This document shows positions 1 through 8,480 of a stretch of DNA of 13,793 nt, piece by piece (position 1 is the stretch's first letter; each line of letters begins with the position of its first letter). This DNA is from Candidatus Bathyarchaeia archaeon (lineage in GTDB: Archaea; Thermoproteota; Bathyarchaeia; Bathyarchaeales; Bathycorpusculaceae): the NCBI GenBank assembly GCA_049969855.1, contig JBMFOB010000026.1:1-13793 (forward strand), in the 5' to 3' direction. A program made the translations under genes and the position numbers. The notes below the pieces were generated by a model. The model was not told the DNA's origin and searched no databases. It saw only the letters and a list, made by a program, of their open reading frames with translations.

Positions 1-79
1 CTCTTAGGGCTTGCACTTCAATCTTGCCAACGCGGTAGACTTTCACTAAATCCTTAATTTTTATGTCTAAACCTTTCAT
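1..79 (-). CDS. 5' part of an ABC transporter ATP-binding protein (LolD/MacB-type), runs off the window edge
   Basis: Not in the ORF track. Manual translation from ATG at 79-77 gives MKGLDIKIKDLVKVYRVGKIEVQALR, a typical LolD-type N-terminus that resembles the ATPase at 9732 (VKDVKKSYRMGKVLVPALRG). The start overlaps the upstream permease stop (ATGA, 79-76). Confidence 0.85.
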   Translation of the reverse strand, partial: MKGLDIKIKDLVKVYRVGKIEVQALR

Positions 80-2862
80 CTTAGGCGAACCATCCGTTCC
101 AGTTTAGTCACATATCTTCTTGACATGATTAGGATTGGAAGGATTGTTGCTACAAAAATGAGCGCTATACAAGAAGTAAGCATTAAAGTTGTGTCTAATG
201 GAAAAACGAGGCGTCTTTTAACAAGTTCTAAAATCATAGCATTGGAAGAGGAAATGTTTCCATACACAATAACAATGCCTACAAAAATGCCCAATATGAC
301 GGAAAAAGTTACGAGGGCGAGATTTTCTGTTAAGAACATTATGACCAACTGCTTGTACGATAAGCCTTTGACGCTCATAATTGTGGCTTCACGGCTTCTC
401 TCCTTTAAGCTAACAACGCTTATGAGGGCTGTTCCAACTGAGGCGGCTAAAACTGCGAAAACAATGCCTAACCTTTGAACGTCTAACGTGCCCATTGTAA
501 TAACATCTTCTTGGGCTTTCTCCCACTCCTCAGCGAAGGATTGCACTTGAATTATATCTAAGTTCATACTGCGAATTTTGTTGGCAACAAGTTTTCCGTC
601 TGCTCCATCCTTTAGTTTTAGCAGTATTCTTGCTGAGGGACTTACATATGTGCTGATTTCTTCTAAGAACTCTTGTGAAACATAGGACCAGTATCTGTTT
701 ATGGATGCTTGGAGCGGGTAAATTTGGGATTGGGATTCTGAGCTTGGACCAAAAAAGCCAACAACCCTAAGCCCTATCTGTTGTGAATCAAAGCTTAAGT
801 AGAGATTTCCTCCGATTGTGAGATTGACATATGATTCGGCGACGAAGCGTTCTAAAATAATTGTGTGGTTATCTGCGGCTAAGTTGTTAAATGCGGTTGT
901 CACATCAGTTCCGCTGAACCAGTCACCTTCGTAATAGGCGGTTTTTAACCAAGCATTCGGCTCTACCGCCTTCATAAAAATGTTGCCAACTGAAAATGAA
1001 TATTCAATTGTAGCGTTATAAACAAATTCGGAAACATTTGTCATTATAATGTCCAGAATTTCTGGTGCATTATTAGCGTAGGAAACACTAACAGCGATGT
1101 CTGCGCCAACCTCATAGTAGATTCTTCTCATGGCATAGTCTTGTTCGCTGGCTAATTGCCCATTAACTTGAACGCTATAGCCAACAATTAAAGCGATTAG
1201 GAAAGCGATGGCTGCTGAACGGGCTGGATTTCTCCTAACATTTTTTGTGGCTAAAACTCCTAAATCGCCAAAAAACTTTGCTGCTTTCGCTGTTAATTGC
1301 TGGAACTCCAGTGAGCCCTGAATGAACATTTTTGTGAATCCCCAAAAGAAAAGCAATGGTCCAATATAGTTAAGTATCGCATCGACAAACATGAAAATTC
1401 CAACAAGAAGCATGAGAATAAAGTTTCCACCACCAAACATTATTCTTGTTAAAACCGCAGTCATGTTTACGCCAGAGAGGAAAACTGCTATTTTGTATCT
1501 TCCCAAAATTAACGCAACCATAGGCCACCTTTTCTTGTACGGTTTCTCTATTTCCATGGGCAAGTATTCTCTAAGTGCTTCTACCGTTGGAAGTTGGGAA
1601 GCCTTTCTCGCTGAGCTATAGGTTGAGAGCAAAGCCATGATGACGCCGAAGGCTATAGTGAAGCTTACGGTGAAGGGGCTGATCAGATTTAAGTTGAACA
1701 GTGTGTCAGTGCTAAATTGAGTGAATAACGGGTTTAAAAGAAAGCCCAAAAATACTCCAAGGGCTCCACCAATCAATCCAATCAGCAAAGTCTCAGTCAA
1801 AAAAGTTCGCAGAATATGACCTCTTGAAAAACCCTTTGTCAGCAATAATCCAATTTCACGTCTCCTAAGATTGAAGGAAACATCCGAAACAGTTGTTCCC
1901 ATATACCAAGCCATAAAAAATATTGGAAGAGAAACAAGAGTAAACATGAACCTTATGCCTATAGATGCAAATTGGAAACTGTACAAAGGTCCTTCTAAAT
2001 TGTTCTGAATACCAATAGAGCCTAAATCTTGAGCCACAGCATTCGTGATACTATTTTCTACCGCTTGAAGATTGTTAAGGGATGTGCCTATGTCCCATGG
2101 ATTTATCAAAACATCTCGGTTCAAGTAAACGAGAAGGCTTGTTTCCATCCACCCATATGACCGATATACATCTGGCAGTGACGGCAAAATTTTCTGCATT
2201 GTTTTCTCCCAACTCACAAGAAGTAGGAAGTCCATCTGGGTTGTTGGGGATATGGCTTCTGTTTGAAAAGGCATCGGCCAATACGGAGAACCCAAAGCAA
2301 TTGCAGCCGCCTTATCATCTAAATGGGCGAAACCTTTCACTGTTAGGTTTAAAGGTATGTTAATTTGGGTGTCGTATGTGGAAAAGTTTACTTGGATTAC
2401 ATCATTAACTTTTACCATGTTGGCTAAAGCCGTATTTTCTGGAATGTAAGTTTCATTCTCCCCTATTTCTTCTATTTGCCTATTTAACCATCCCTTATAA
2501 ACTTGTGAGTAATTTGTTATGGCAGTAATTCTCGCCATATCTTGCAATGAATAATTTTTATCTGAGATTGTTATTTGAACCCAAGAAACTCTGGAAATGA
2601 TTTCAGCGTCTATAACTCCACTAACGCCTAACACTTTATCTCGAACAGTTAACAGTTTTGTCAAGTTGCTAAGGTTTTGTATGTTTGCTTGCATGTCAAC
2701 ATAAACATATCTAAGCTGCTGCTCCATGGCTTGTTTGGCAGTTGCATTTGCTTTAATGTCTATGCCAGCAAAGAATGCAGAGGCTAAAGTTATTCCTATC
2801 AAAAGTGCCAAGAAAAGTTTCCATGAACAAAACACATGTTTAACAGCGTAGAATATGGGCAT
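76..2862 (-). CDS. Large ABC transporter permease with two FtsX/MacB-like repeats (928 aa)
   Basis: Two FtsX signatures (RRREIGLLLTKGFSRGHI...ETLLIGLIGG and ERSREATIMSVKGLSYKQL...ENLAL), each preceded by a TM helix and a large extracytoplasmic domain. Translationally coupled to an ABC ATPase. Confidence 0.9.
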   Translation of the reverse strand: MPIFYAVKHVFCSWKLFLALLIGITLASAFFAGIDIKANATAKQAMEQQLRYVYVDMQANIQNLSNLTKLLTVRDKVLGVSGVIDAEIISRVSWVQITISDKNYSLQDMARITAITNYSQVYKGWLNRQIEEIGENETYIPENTALANMVKVNDVIQVNFSTYDTQINIPLNLTVKGFAHLDDKAAAIALGSPYWPMPFQTEAISPTTQMDFLLLVSWEKTMQKILPSLPDVYRSYGWMETSLLVYLNRDVLINPWDIGTSLNNLQAVENSITNAVAQDLGSIGIQNNLEGPLYSFQFASIGIRFMFTLVSLPIFFMAWYMGTTVSDVSFNLRRREIGLLLTKGFSRGHILRTFLTETLLIGLIGGALGVFLGFLLNPLFTQFSTDTLFNLNLISPFTVSFTIAFGVIMALLSTYSSARKASQLPTVEALREYLPMEIEKPYKKRWPMVALILGRYKIAVFLSGVNMTAVLTRIMFGGGNFILMLLVGIFMFVDAILNYIGPLLFFWGFTKMFIQGSLEFQQLTAKAAKFFGDLGVLATKNVRRNPARSAAIAFLIALIVGYSVQVNGQLASEQDYAMRRIYYEVGADIAVSVSYANNAPEILDIIMTNVSEFVYNATIEYSFSVGNIFMKAVEPNAWLKTAYYEGDWFSGTDVTTAFNNLAADNHTIILERFVAESYVNLTIGGNLYLSFDSQQIGLRVVGFFGPSSESQSQIYPLQASINRYWSYVSQEFLEEISTYVSPSARILLKLKDGADGKLVANKIRSMNLDIIQVQSFAEEWEKAQEDVITMGTLDVQRLGIVFAVLAASVGTALISVVSLKERSREATIMSVKGLSYKQLVIMFLTENLALVTFSVILGIFVGIVIVYGNISSSNAMILELVKRRLVFPLDTTLMLTSCIALIFVATILPILIMSRRYVTKLERMVRLR

Positions 2863-2925
2863 TAAACATCACATTCTGATTCTATTGCAACGTTTTTAAG
2901 CCTATTGTTTAGAACAGCCAAATCC

Positions 2926-4131
2926 TCACAAAACCTTCTCCTCAAGCTGAAGCTTTTCCAACTGTTTCAGCACATACTGGCGAATTTCATTAGGCTTTGG
3001 CAGTTTAGCAACTATTTTTCCATTCTTTATTAATGGCTTTAGCATCTGCTCAGTTTTGCCTCCGCAAACTGGACAGTTAGGCTGCGCTTTATCAAATGGT
3101 AAAACCAAATCCGCCAAACATTTCTGGCATCTCCAAACCTCTTTTTTGCCGCCCATCTTACCCCGTTTTGCGCATAGCTTTCCGTCAACTTCAACGATGT
3201 CCATGGCAAAATCTATTGTTGGCGCATTGCTTAGGGCTGTGCCAACGCCGAAGCCTTCAGCTCCAGCCTTGCATAACTCTTTCATGTTCTCCTCATTTAA
3301 TCCTCCTGAAACGAAAATTTTCACATGGTTAAAACCTCTAATGTCAAGTTCCCACTTCACTTCGCGGATAAGTTCTGCGAAATCGCCTTTCCTAGATGCG
3401 GGTGTGTCAAGGCGAACGGCATATAAGCGTTCTTTTAGGGCTTCAGCAGCCATTATAGCCTCCATCTTTTCATCAGAATAAGTGTCCACCAAAGCGATTC
3501 TCGAAACTTTAGGCGAGATTACTTCGTCGAAGGCTTTCCAAGCCTTAACCTGGTCTCTGAAAACTATAATCAAAGCATGGGGCATAGTTCCAGAAGGCTC
3601 TATTCCCAAAATTTTTGCTCCGCTCAGGCTTGATACGCCGTCAAAACCGCCTATGTATGAGGCACGGTCAATCATTGGAGAAAGCGCTGGGTGCATGCGG
3701 CGAATTCCAAAGGAAATTAATGTTTTATCTCCAACAGTCTTGCGCATTCTTGCTGCCCGAGTTGCCACACCAGACGCCTGACAGATTAAACCAAGAAGTG
3801 GCGTTTCATAAAGGCAAAAATCGCCATATGGTCCTTCAATCCGCATTACGGGTTCTCTTATGCCCCTATAATCCTCGTGGCGGAAAACGCTTCCCTCGGG
3901 CATGGCATAAACATCCGCATTAATGCCCTCAAATAGGTGGGCTACTTCTTCGATTCCGCATAAAATTCCCCAAGGCCAACCGTGTGGAAGCTTGCCAGGC
4001 GTAACATCAGCGATGACTGGTGTTTTTTCTAAGCCTTTTGCTTCTATGATTTGTTTTGTTCTTACAAAGTATATGTCTGTGGTTTCGCCGCGTTTTATTT
4101 CTTCATCTGAAGCATAATGAAATAGCCTCAT
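2926..4131 (-). CDS. pncB: Nicotinate phosphoribosyltransferase, archaeal type with C-terminal zinc knuckle
   Basis: Motifs TDIYF, SFGIRRMHP, GTMPH, LVDTY, VRLDT, IFVSGGL, FGVGT and KRGK. C-terminal CQKC...CPVC. Confidence 0.95.
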   Translation of the reverse strand: MRLFHYASDEEIKRGETTDIYFVRTKQIIEAKGLEKTPVIADVTPGKLPHGWPWGILCGIEEVAHLFEGINADVYAMPEGSVFRHEDYRGIREPVMRIEGPYGDFCLYETPLLGLICQASGVATRAARMRKTVGDKTLISFGIRRMHPALSPMIDRASYIGGFDGVSSLSGAKILGIEPSGTMPHALIIVFRDQVKAWKAFDEVISPKVSRIALVDTYSDEKMEAIMAAEALKERLYAVRLDTPASRKGDFAELIREVKWELDIRGFNHVKIFVSGGLNEENMKELCKAGAEGFGVGTALSNAPTIDFAMDIVEVDGKLCAKRGKMGGKKEVWRCQKCLADLVLPFDKAQPNCPVCGGKTEQMLKPLIKNGKIVAKLPKPNEIRQYVLKQLEKLQLEEKVL

Positions 4132-4201
4132 TTGCTTGGCGCTCCAAACATAGCTTAAATAATAGTTAATTTGTTGGATAAACGTTTTAGGGTTTTACGT
4201 T

Positions 4202-4747
4202 TTACGCTTTTAAAACCATTATGAGCACGTTTACAAAGCCTACTTCCATGATGGCTGCAATGAGGAATATGCCGTAAATATATGCTAAATCCTTCATGGA
4301 CATTTTTCTCCTCAAAGTTTTCTCTATTGTCAAATAAATTCCGTACCCTTCAACGATTCCTATGGGTGTGCTTATAAGCAGAATTAAGGGCAAAGCTTCA
4401 ACAGTTACCCCACCATAAATTAGGGTGCTTCCCCGCAAAATGCTCAAGAAAACAATCATAACCGTAAAGATCAAGGCAAAGGTTTTCGGATGCTCAAGCA
4501 CAATATTCCCATATTTTTCCCTCTTAAAGAAATTTAAAACCACCAAATTGACGTAGAAGGTCATACCTAAAAGAATTAGTGAAATCACGATAAGGTTATG
4601 GATAAAAAGCACGGCTATAGCTACAAGCTGATTGCTAAGGATTATGCTCAAACTCTGAAAGAAAATTGTATTCTCAACATAAGAAAGCAAAAGAAAAATT
4701 AGAAAAGCCAAACCTAAAAACACAGTTCGGGTTTTTTCACCAAACAA
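4202..4747 (-). CDS. Integral membrane protein, SpoIIM/DUF95-like
   Basis: About 5 hydrophobic helices. LFIHN, PIGIVE and LIAAIME echo the SpoIIM F-x-NN, PHG-x-x-E and AA-x-x-E motifs. TTG start with GAGG upstream. Confidence 0.65.
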   Translation of the reverse strand: MFGEKTRTVFLGLAFLIFLLLSYVENTIFFQSLSIILSNQLVAIAVLFIHNLIVISLILLGMTFYVNLVVLNFFKREKYGNIVLEHPKTFALIFTVMIVFLSILRGSTLIYGGVTVEALPLILLISTPIGIVEGYGIYLTIEKTLRRKMSMKDLAYIYGIFLIAAIMEVGFVNVLIMVLKA

Positions 4748-4758
4748 CTGTTAAACCT

Positions 4759-5250
4759 CTAAAGGATTAAAATCATGAAGGAGCTAAAACGTTCAATTAG
4801 GATGGCGAGAATGCCGAAGAACAAAGCCAGTAAAATTATAACAGCCAAATAAATGACTATTGCCAATATGCCAACCGCCAACGACCCAAGCCAACCTGTT
4901 TCGTAGAGGCTTTTTATTAGAAGCAGCCAAGTGATTATGCTAAGTATTAAAGCTATGACAGGATATGGAATGAACATGAGGAAAAGCGTCGACAAAACAG
5001 TTCCCAGAAGCGAAATTATTAGGGCATCTGTTAAACGAGCCCGTTTTCCGCCAACAACAATTAATCCAGATAGATAAAGAACAACCGTTAACACAAGTAA
5101 ACTGACAAAGAAAAGCACTAAGGAAAAGATTATTGCAAGTCCCCTGCCAAGTTCGCCGATAATGTTATCCCACCAAGAGCCTTCCCTTCTTGCAATTAGG
5201 CTTGTAAGCAGTACAATTCGCAGCATACTTGTTAACGTCATATTGACCAC
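4759..5250 (-). CDS. Hypothetical integral membrane protein
   Basis: 163-aa ORF with 4-5 TM segments, co-oriented and 11 bp from the next gene. The start could be GTG 5250 or ATG 5241. Confidence 0.75.
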   Translation of the reverse strand: MVNMTLTSMLRIVLLTSLIARREGSWWDNIIGELGRGLAIIFSLVLFFVSLLVLTVVLYLSGLIVVGGKRARLTDALIISLLGTVLSTLFLMFIPYPVIALILSIITWLLLIKSLYETGWLGSLAVGILAIVIYLAVIILLALFFGILAILIERFSSFMILIL

Positions 5251-5304
5251 TTAATGGTTAGCCATATTCAGCTTCATGGAATAAAAATTTTGCTGACATT
5301 CTAT

Positions 5305-5619
5305 TCAGATTCTTTCTCGTTTTATCTCGAAAAGCACTGTTCCGCCGTTCGTGTAGGGTTTTCCAGGGTCCAAGCATTGAATGTAACCTTTTTCTCCTTC
5401 TTCTTTTGCTAAGCCTAATTGCTTAAAACTTATTCCATGACTTAAGGGCACAATCATTGAAAGCAAGGAGCCAAAAGCGTGAACGCAGATGTTATCTGTT
5501 TTGCTAATAACAATTTTCGGCGATTCTACTGTTATTTTTTCTCCAACCTTGAAAACTGGACATTTTCCCCGAATCTCCTTAACGGTTATGACTAAACGGT
5601 AATTCTCTCCGTTTTGCAT
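5305..5619 (-). CDS. TIGR04076-family small Cys-containing protein
   Basis: Pattern ITVKEIRGKCP-x-FKVGE ... ICVHAF ... CLDPG ... GTVLFEI with the three family cysteines. Confidence 0.8.
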   Translation of the reverse strand: MQNGENYRLVITVKEIRGKCPVFKVGEKITVESPKIVISKTDNICVHAFGSLLSMIVPLSHGISFKQLGLAKEEGEKGYIQCLDPGKPYTNGGTVLFEIKRERI

Positions 5620-5744
5620 AGGGGCTTCGCCTCACTCATTTCATACATGATTTTGTTGGATTATAATTTTTGGAAGCTGGAAAATGGCAAACACTTAAAA
5701 GTCATTTTGAAGGGGATATTTGCTAATTGACTATAAAGGTGTAA
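5620..5744. promoter_or_regulatory. Divergent archaeal promoter region
   Basis: Plus strand: BRE/TATA-like AAACACTTAAAA at 5689-5700 and SD AGGTG at 5737-5741. Minus strand: CAAAAATTATAA around 5661-5672. Confidence 0.55.
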
Positions 5745-6953
5745 ATGACAATGGGAAATCGTCCGGCAATAGTTGCGGTTGGAAGAACAAAATTCGGCGA
5801 ACACTACGAGAAGGAGCCTGAAAAGCTTATTGAAGAGGCTTGGCTTAAGGCTTCGCAGGAAGCGGACATAGAACGCAGAGACTTGGAAGCCTGTTACCTT
5901 TCAGACTATTTCTTGCCAATAACGAACAAGCTTGGGCTAGAAGAGGGTTTCCTTTCTGAGCTTACGGAATTGCATGTGCCGATGGAAGTAACCCGCTCCT
6001 TCAGTTCAGCCTTGTTTAATGCTTGCAATGCCATCCAAGCTGGGAGATACAATGTTGTTTTGGTTGGCGGAATAGAGAAAATGACCGACCGCTGGGACAA
6101 AATCCGAGATGACCTTATGCTTCTTGAAGACCCTTGGAGTTATTATGCTGGTTGCACGCCTGAGGCAAACCATGAGCTTATGCTTAGGGCTTACATTAAG
6201 AAATATGGAATAAGCGGTGATAATCTTGAAAAATTAAACACGGCTTTGGCACAGATTTCTGTCAAAAATCATTTGCACGCAACAAAAAATGAATATGCGC
6301 AGTATCAGAGGAAAATAACTGTTGAGCAAGTTTTAAATGCTAGGAAGGAAGCGCGAAAACCTTTGGGGCTTTACGATTATGCGCCAATTTCTGATGGTGC
6401 CTCTGCGCTTATCCTAGCAAGTGAAGACTTTGCTGAAAAGTTTACTGACAAGCCCGTTTACATTCTTGGTTCTTCTTTAGCGACGGATTATCTAACATTT
6501 CCAGCGAGAGAAGATCTAACACATTTTTTTGCAAGCAAAATCGCCATTAAAAATGCTTTGAAAATGGCTGGAATAAGCCTCTGGGACATAGGAATTGTTG
6601 AACTTTACGACCAGTCCACAGTTATGGAGATGATTTCGCTTGAGGATTTAGGATTCTGTGAACATGGGAAGGCTTGGCAAAACATATACGAGAGCTGTCA
6701 AGATTATAAGGGCTATTACGAAATTAATGGAAAGAAACTTTTCACAAATCTCAACGGTGGATTAAAAGCGGATGGAAACCCGTTAGGCGCCACTGGCGGA
6801 GCCCAAATTTTTGAAGTCTTTAAACAGTTGAGGGGCGAAGCTGGAGAAAGGCAAGCCAAAAGTGATGAAAGACTGAAATATGGCTGTGTAATGGAGCTTG
6901 AGGGTTTTGGAACTAAAAGTTACGTCTACATTTTAGGGAGGAATCATAAGTGA
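5745..6953 (+). CDS. Thiolase-fold protein (archaeal acetoacetyl-CoA thiolase/SCP2-type) lacking canonical catalytic residues
   Basis: Fold motifs GRTKFGE, GGIEKM, KNH..A..N..AQ, PISDGASA, EDLGFC, GGLKA and GATG are present. CASG reads TRSF, HDCF reads YDQS and GHP reads GNP. The start may be ATG 5751 given SD spacing. Confidence 0.9.
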   Translation: MTMGNRPAIVAVGRTKFGEHYEKEPEKLIEEAWLKASQEADIERRDLEACYLSDYFLPITNKLGLEEGFLSELTELHVPMEVTRSFSSALFNACNAIQAGRYNVVLVGGIEKMTDRWDKIRDDLMLLEDPWSYYAGCTPEANHELMLRAYIKKYGISGDNLEKLNTALAQISVKNHLHATKNEYAQYQRKITVEQVLNARKEARKPLGLYDYAPISDGASALILASEDFAEKFTDKPVYILGSSLATDYLTFPAREDLTHFFASKIAIKNALKMAGISLWDIGIVELYDQSTVMEMISLEDLGFCEHGKAWQNIYESCQDYKGYYEINGKKLFTNLNGGLKADGNPLGATGGAQIFEVFKQLRGEAGERQAKSDERLKYGCVMELEGFGTKSYVYILGRNHK

Positions 6954-8458
6954 GCAGTGAACCAATAGAGAGAAGAGTTTCATATTTAGGCGATAGGTTA
7001 AGGGGAAGGCGCTGTGGAATCTGCGGCAAAGAGTATTTCGAGGTTAGGGACTACTGCGGAGTTTGCGGAAGAAAAAGCTTCGGAAAAATGGTTGACATAG
7101 ACTTTTTCTACGAGAAGGGCAAGCTTGAAATTTGCACGCTTATTAATGAACCGACAAACAAGTTCACGAAGCTTGGAAAATACATTTACGGCATAGTTTC
7201 CTTTCACAACGGCAAAATCCGCGTCCCCGGAAGACTGACTGACCAAATAACGAAAGAAAATGAAGAAATTGATTTTTCAGTTTTTGAGGGGAGGGAGGTT
7301 GTTCCAAGGTTTAGGAGGCGCTATTCGGTTGATAAAAGTGACGTAATTCCAACAATTTCCTTAGCCTTCACATTCGCCGACGAATATTATCCCCACCAAG
7401 AATACAATGTTGTTAAGCCGAATAAAGAGTATGAAACGCCTGGAATAGTTGGTTATGGAGTTTACATTCCAAGATTTAGGATTAAAGAGGGCGGCATGGA
7501 GCGTTCTGTTCCATTTATTGACGAAGACTCTATAACGGCGGCTGTGGAGGCTGGAAAACTCGCGCTGATTCATTCCGGAGTTGACAGCACTCTCGTTGGA
7601 AAGGTTTACGTGGGCTCAGAATCCAACCCATACGCCGTAAAACCCATCGCCTCAAAGGTTGCGCAGGTTCTGAAACTCGGCGAGGAAGATGAGGACGTTC
7701 AAGGAGTGGACGCCGTAGACACAGAATTTGCATGCAAAGCCGCCACAAGCATGTTTAAGGATGCAGCTTCGCTGGTTAACTATCCAAAATCAAACATTCG
7801 ATACGCAATGGTTATAGGCACAGACAATTCCCAAGCAGCTCCAAGAGACTGTCCAGGCGGAGAATTAGACCTATTCGTTGGATTCGGTGCATGCGCCTAC
7901 ATCTTTGGAAAAAATGATGTTATTGCTGAGGTTGAAGGATGGTACTCATGCACTTCTGACACGCCAGACTTTTGGCGCAGAGACGGACAGCCTTACCCAA
8001 TGCATGGTGGACGGTTCACTGGAGAACCAGCCTATTTTAAGCATATTCGCAAGGCTGCGAAGAAGCTTATGGAAAGGCTTAACCTTAAAGTTGAAGACAT
8101 CAACTATTTTGTTGTTCACCAGCCTAATGTGCAATTTCCAATGAAAGTCGCCAAAGAACTCGGCTTCAAAGAAGAACAGTATCTGCCGTCAATTCAAGTG
8201 GCAAAATTTGGCAACACATACTCCGGTTCTTCCCCACTTGGATTAGCATCCGTTCTTGACATTGCTAAGCCAAATGAACGCATCCTCATTGTAAGTTATG
8301 GTTCAGGCGCTGGAAGCGACGCCTACTCCCTTGTTACCACAAACCAAATACTTGAAAAGCGGAAACGCCAAAAATTGACAGTTAAGTATCAAGCTGAAAA
8401 TCCTTTCTTAAGCTATGTGGACTACACAACTTATAGACGATTGAAGGTTGGAATGTAG
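6950..8458 (+). CDS. mvaS: Fusion of N-terminal DUF35 (Zn-ribbon + OB-fold) and archaeal hydroxymethylglutaryl-CoA synthase
   Basis: aa 22-39 CGIC/CGVC zinc ribbon and an OB-fold ending in PRFRR. From aa 164: GIVGYG.YIP, DED, GSES (E224), EFACKA (C262), DTPDFWRR, HGGRFTGEPAYF, HQPN (H390), GNTYSG and SYGSGAGSD. GTG start overlaps the thiolase stop (GTGA), with SD GGGAGG at 6936-6941. Confidence 0.92.
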   Translation: MSSEPIERRVSYLGDRLRGRRCGICGKEYFEVRDYCGVCGRKSFGKMVDIDFFYEKGKLEICTLINEPTNKFTKLGKYIYGIVSFHNGKIRVPGRLTDQITKENEEIDFSVFEGREVVPRFRRRYSVDKSDVIPTISLAFTFADEYYPHQEYNVVKPNKEYETPGIVGYGVYIPRFRIKEGGMERSVPFIDEDSITAAVEAGKLALIHSGVDSTLVGKVYVGSESNPYAVKPIASKVAQVLKLGEEDEDVQGVDAVDTEFACKAATSMFKDAASLVNYPKSNIRYAMVIGTDNSQAAPRDCPGGELDLFVGFGACAYIFGKNDVIAEVEGWYSCTSDTPDFWRRDGQPYPMHGGRFTGEPAYFKHIRKAAKKLMERLNLKVEDINYFVVHQPNVQFPMKVAKELGFKEEQYLPSIQVAKFGNTYSGSSPLGLASVLDIAKPNERILIVSYGSGAGSDAYSLVTTNQILEKRKRQKLTVKYQAENPFLSYVDYTTYRRLKVGM

Positions 8459-8459
8459 C

Positions 8460-8480
8460 AAACCCTTAATAAACCCTTAA
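8460..8480 (+). repeat. Perfect 10-bp direct repeat AAACCCTTAA x2 (11-bp period), BRE/TATA-like
   Basis: Copies at 8460-8469 and 8471-8480 in the 48-bp intergenic gap, with a degenerate AAACTTA at 8484-8490. Confidence 0.7.

Noticed and set aside
125-4117. Alternative-frame ORFs in the left block (125-478, 1391-1621, 2075-2281, 2082-2363, 3056-3481, 3096-3332, 3482-3781, 3615-3923, 3923-4117)
   Set aside because: All are antisense or out-of-frame shadows fully inside well-supported genes and show no recognisable motifs.
5621-5633. GAGGC-GAA-GCCCC mini-hairpin over the SD of the TIGR04076 gene (minus strand)
   Set aside because: Only 3-4 bp with a mismatch, too short to distinguish from chance.
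6018-6030. NACN (Cys94) as the thiolase nucleophile
   Set aside because: It is only 17 residues before the Glu of GGIEKM instead of 28, which places it inside the following helix.
5745-6953. Thiolase as a pseudogene
   Set aside because: Full-length uninterrupted ORF with an SD, translational coupling to the next gene and retained structural motifs.
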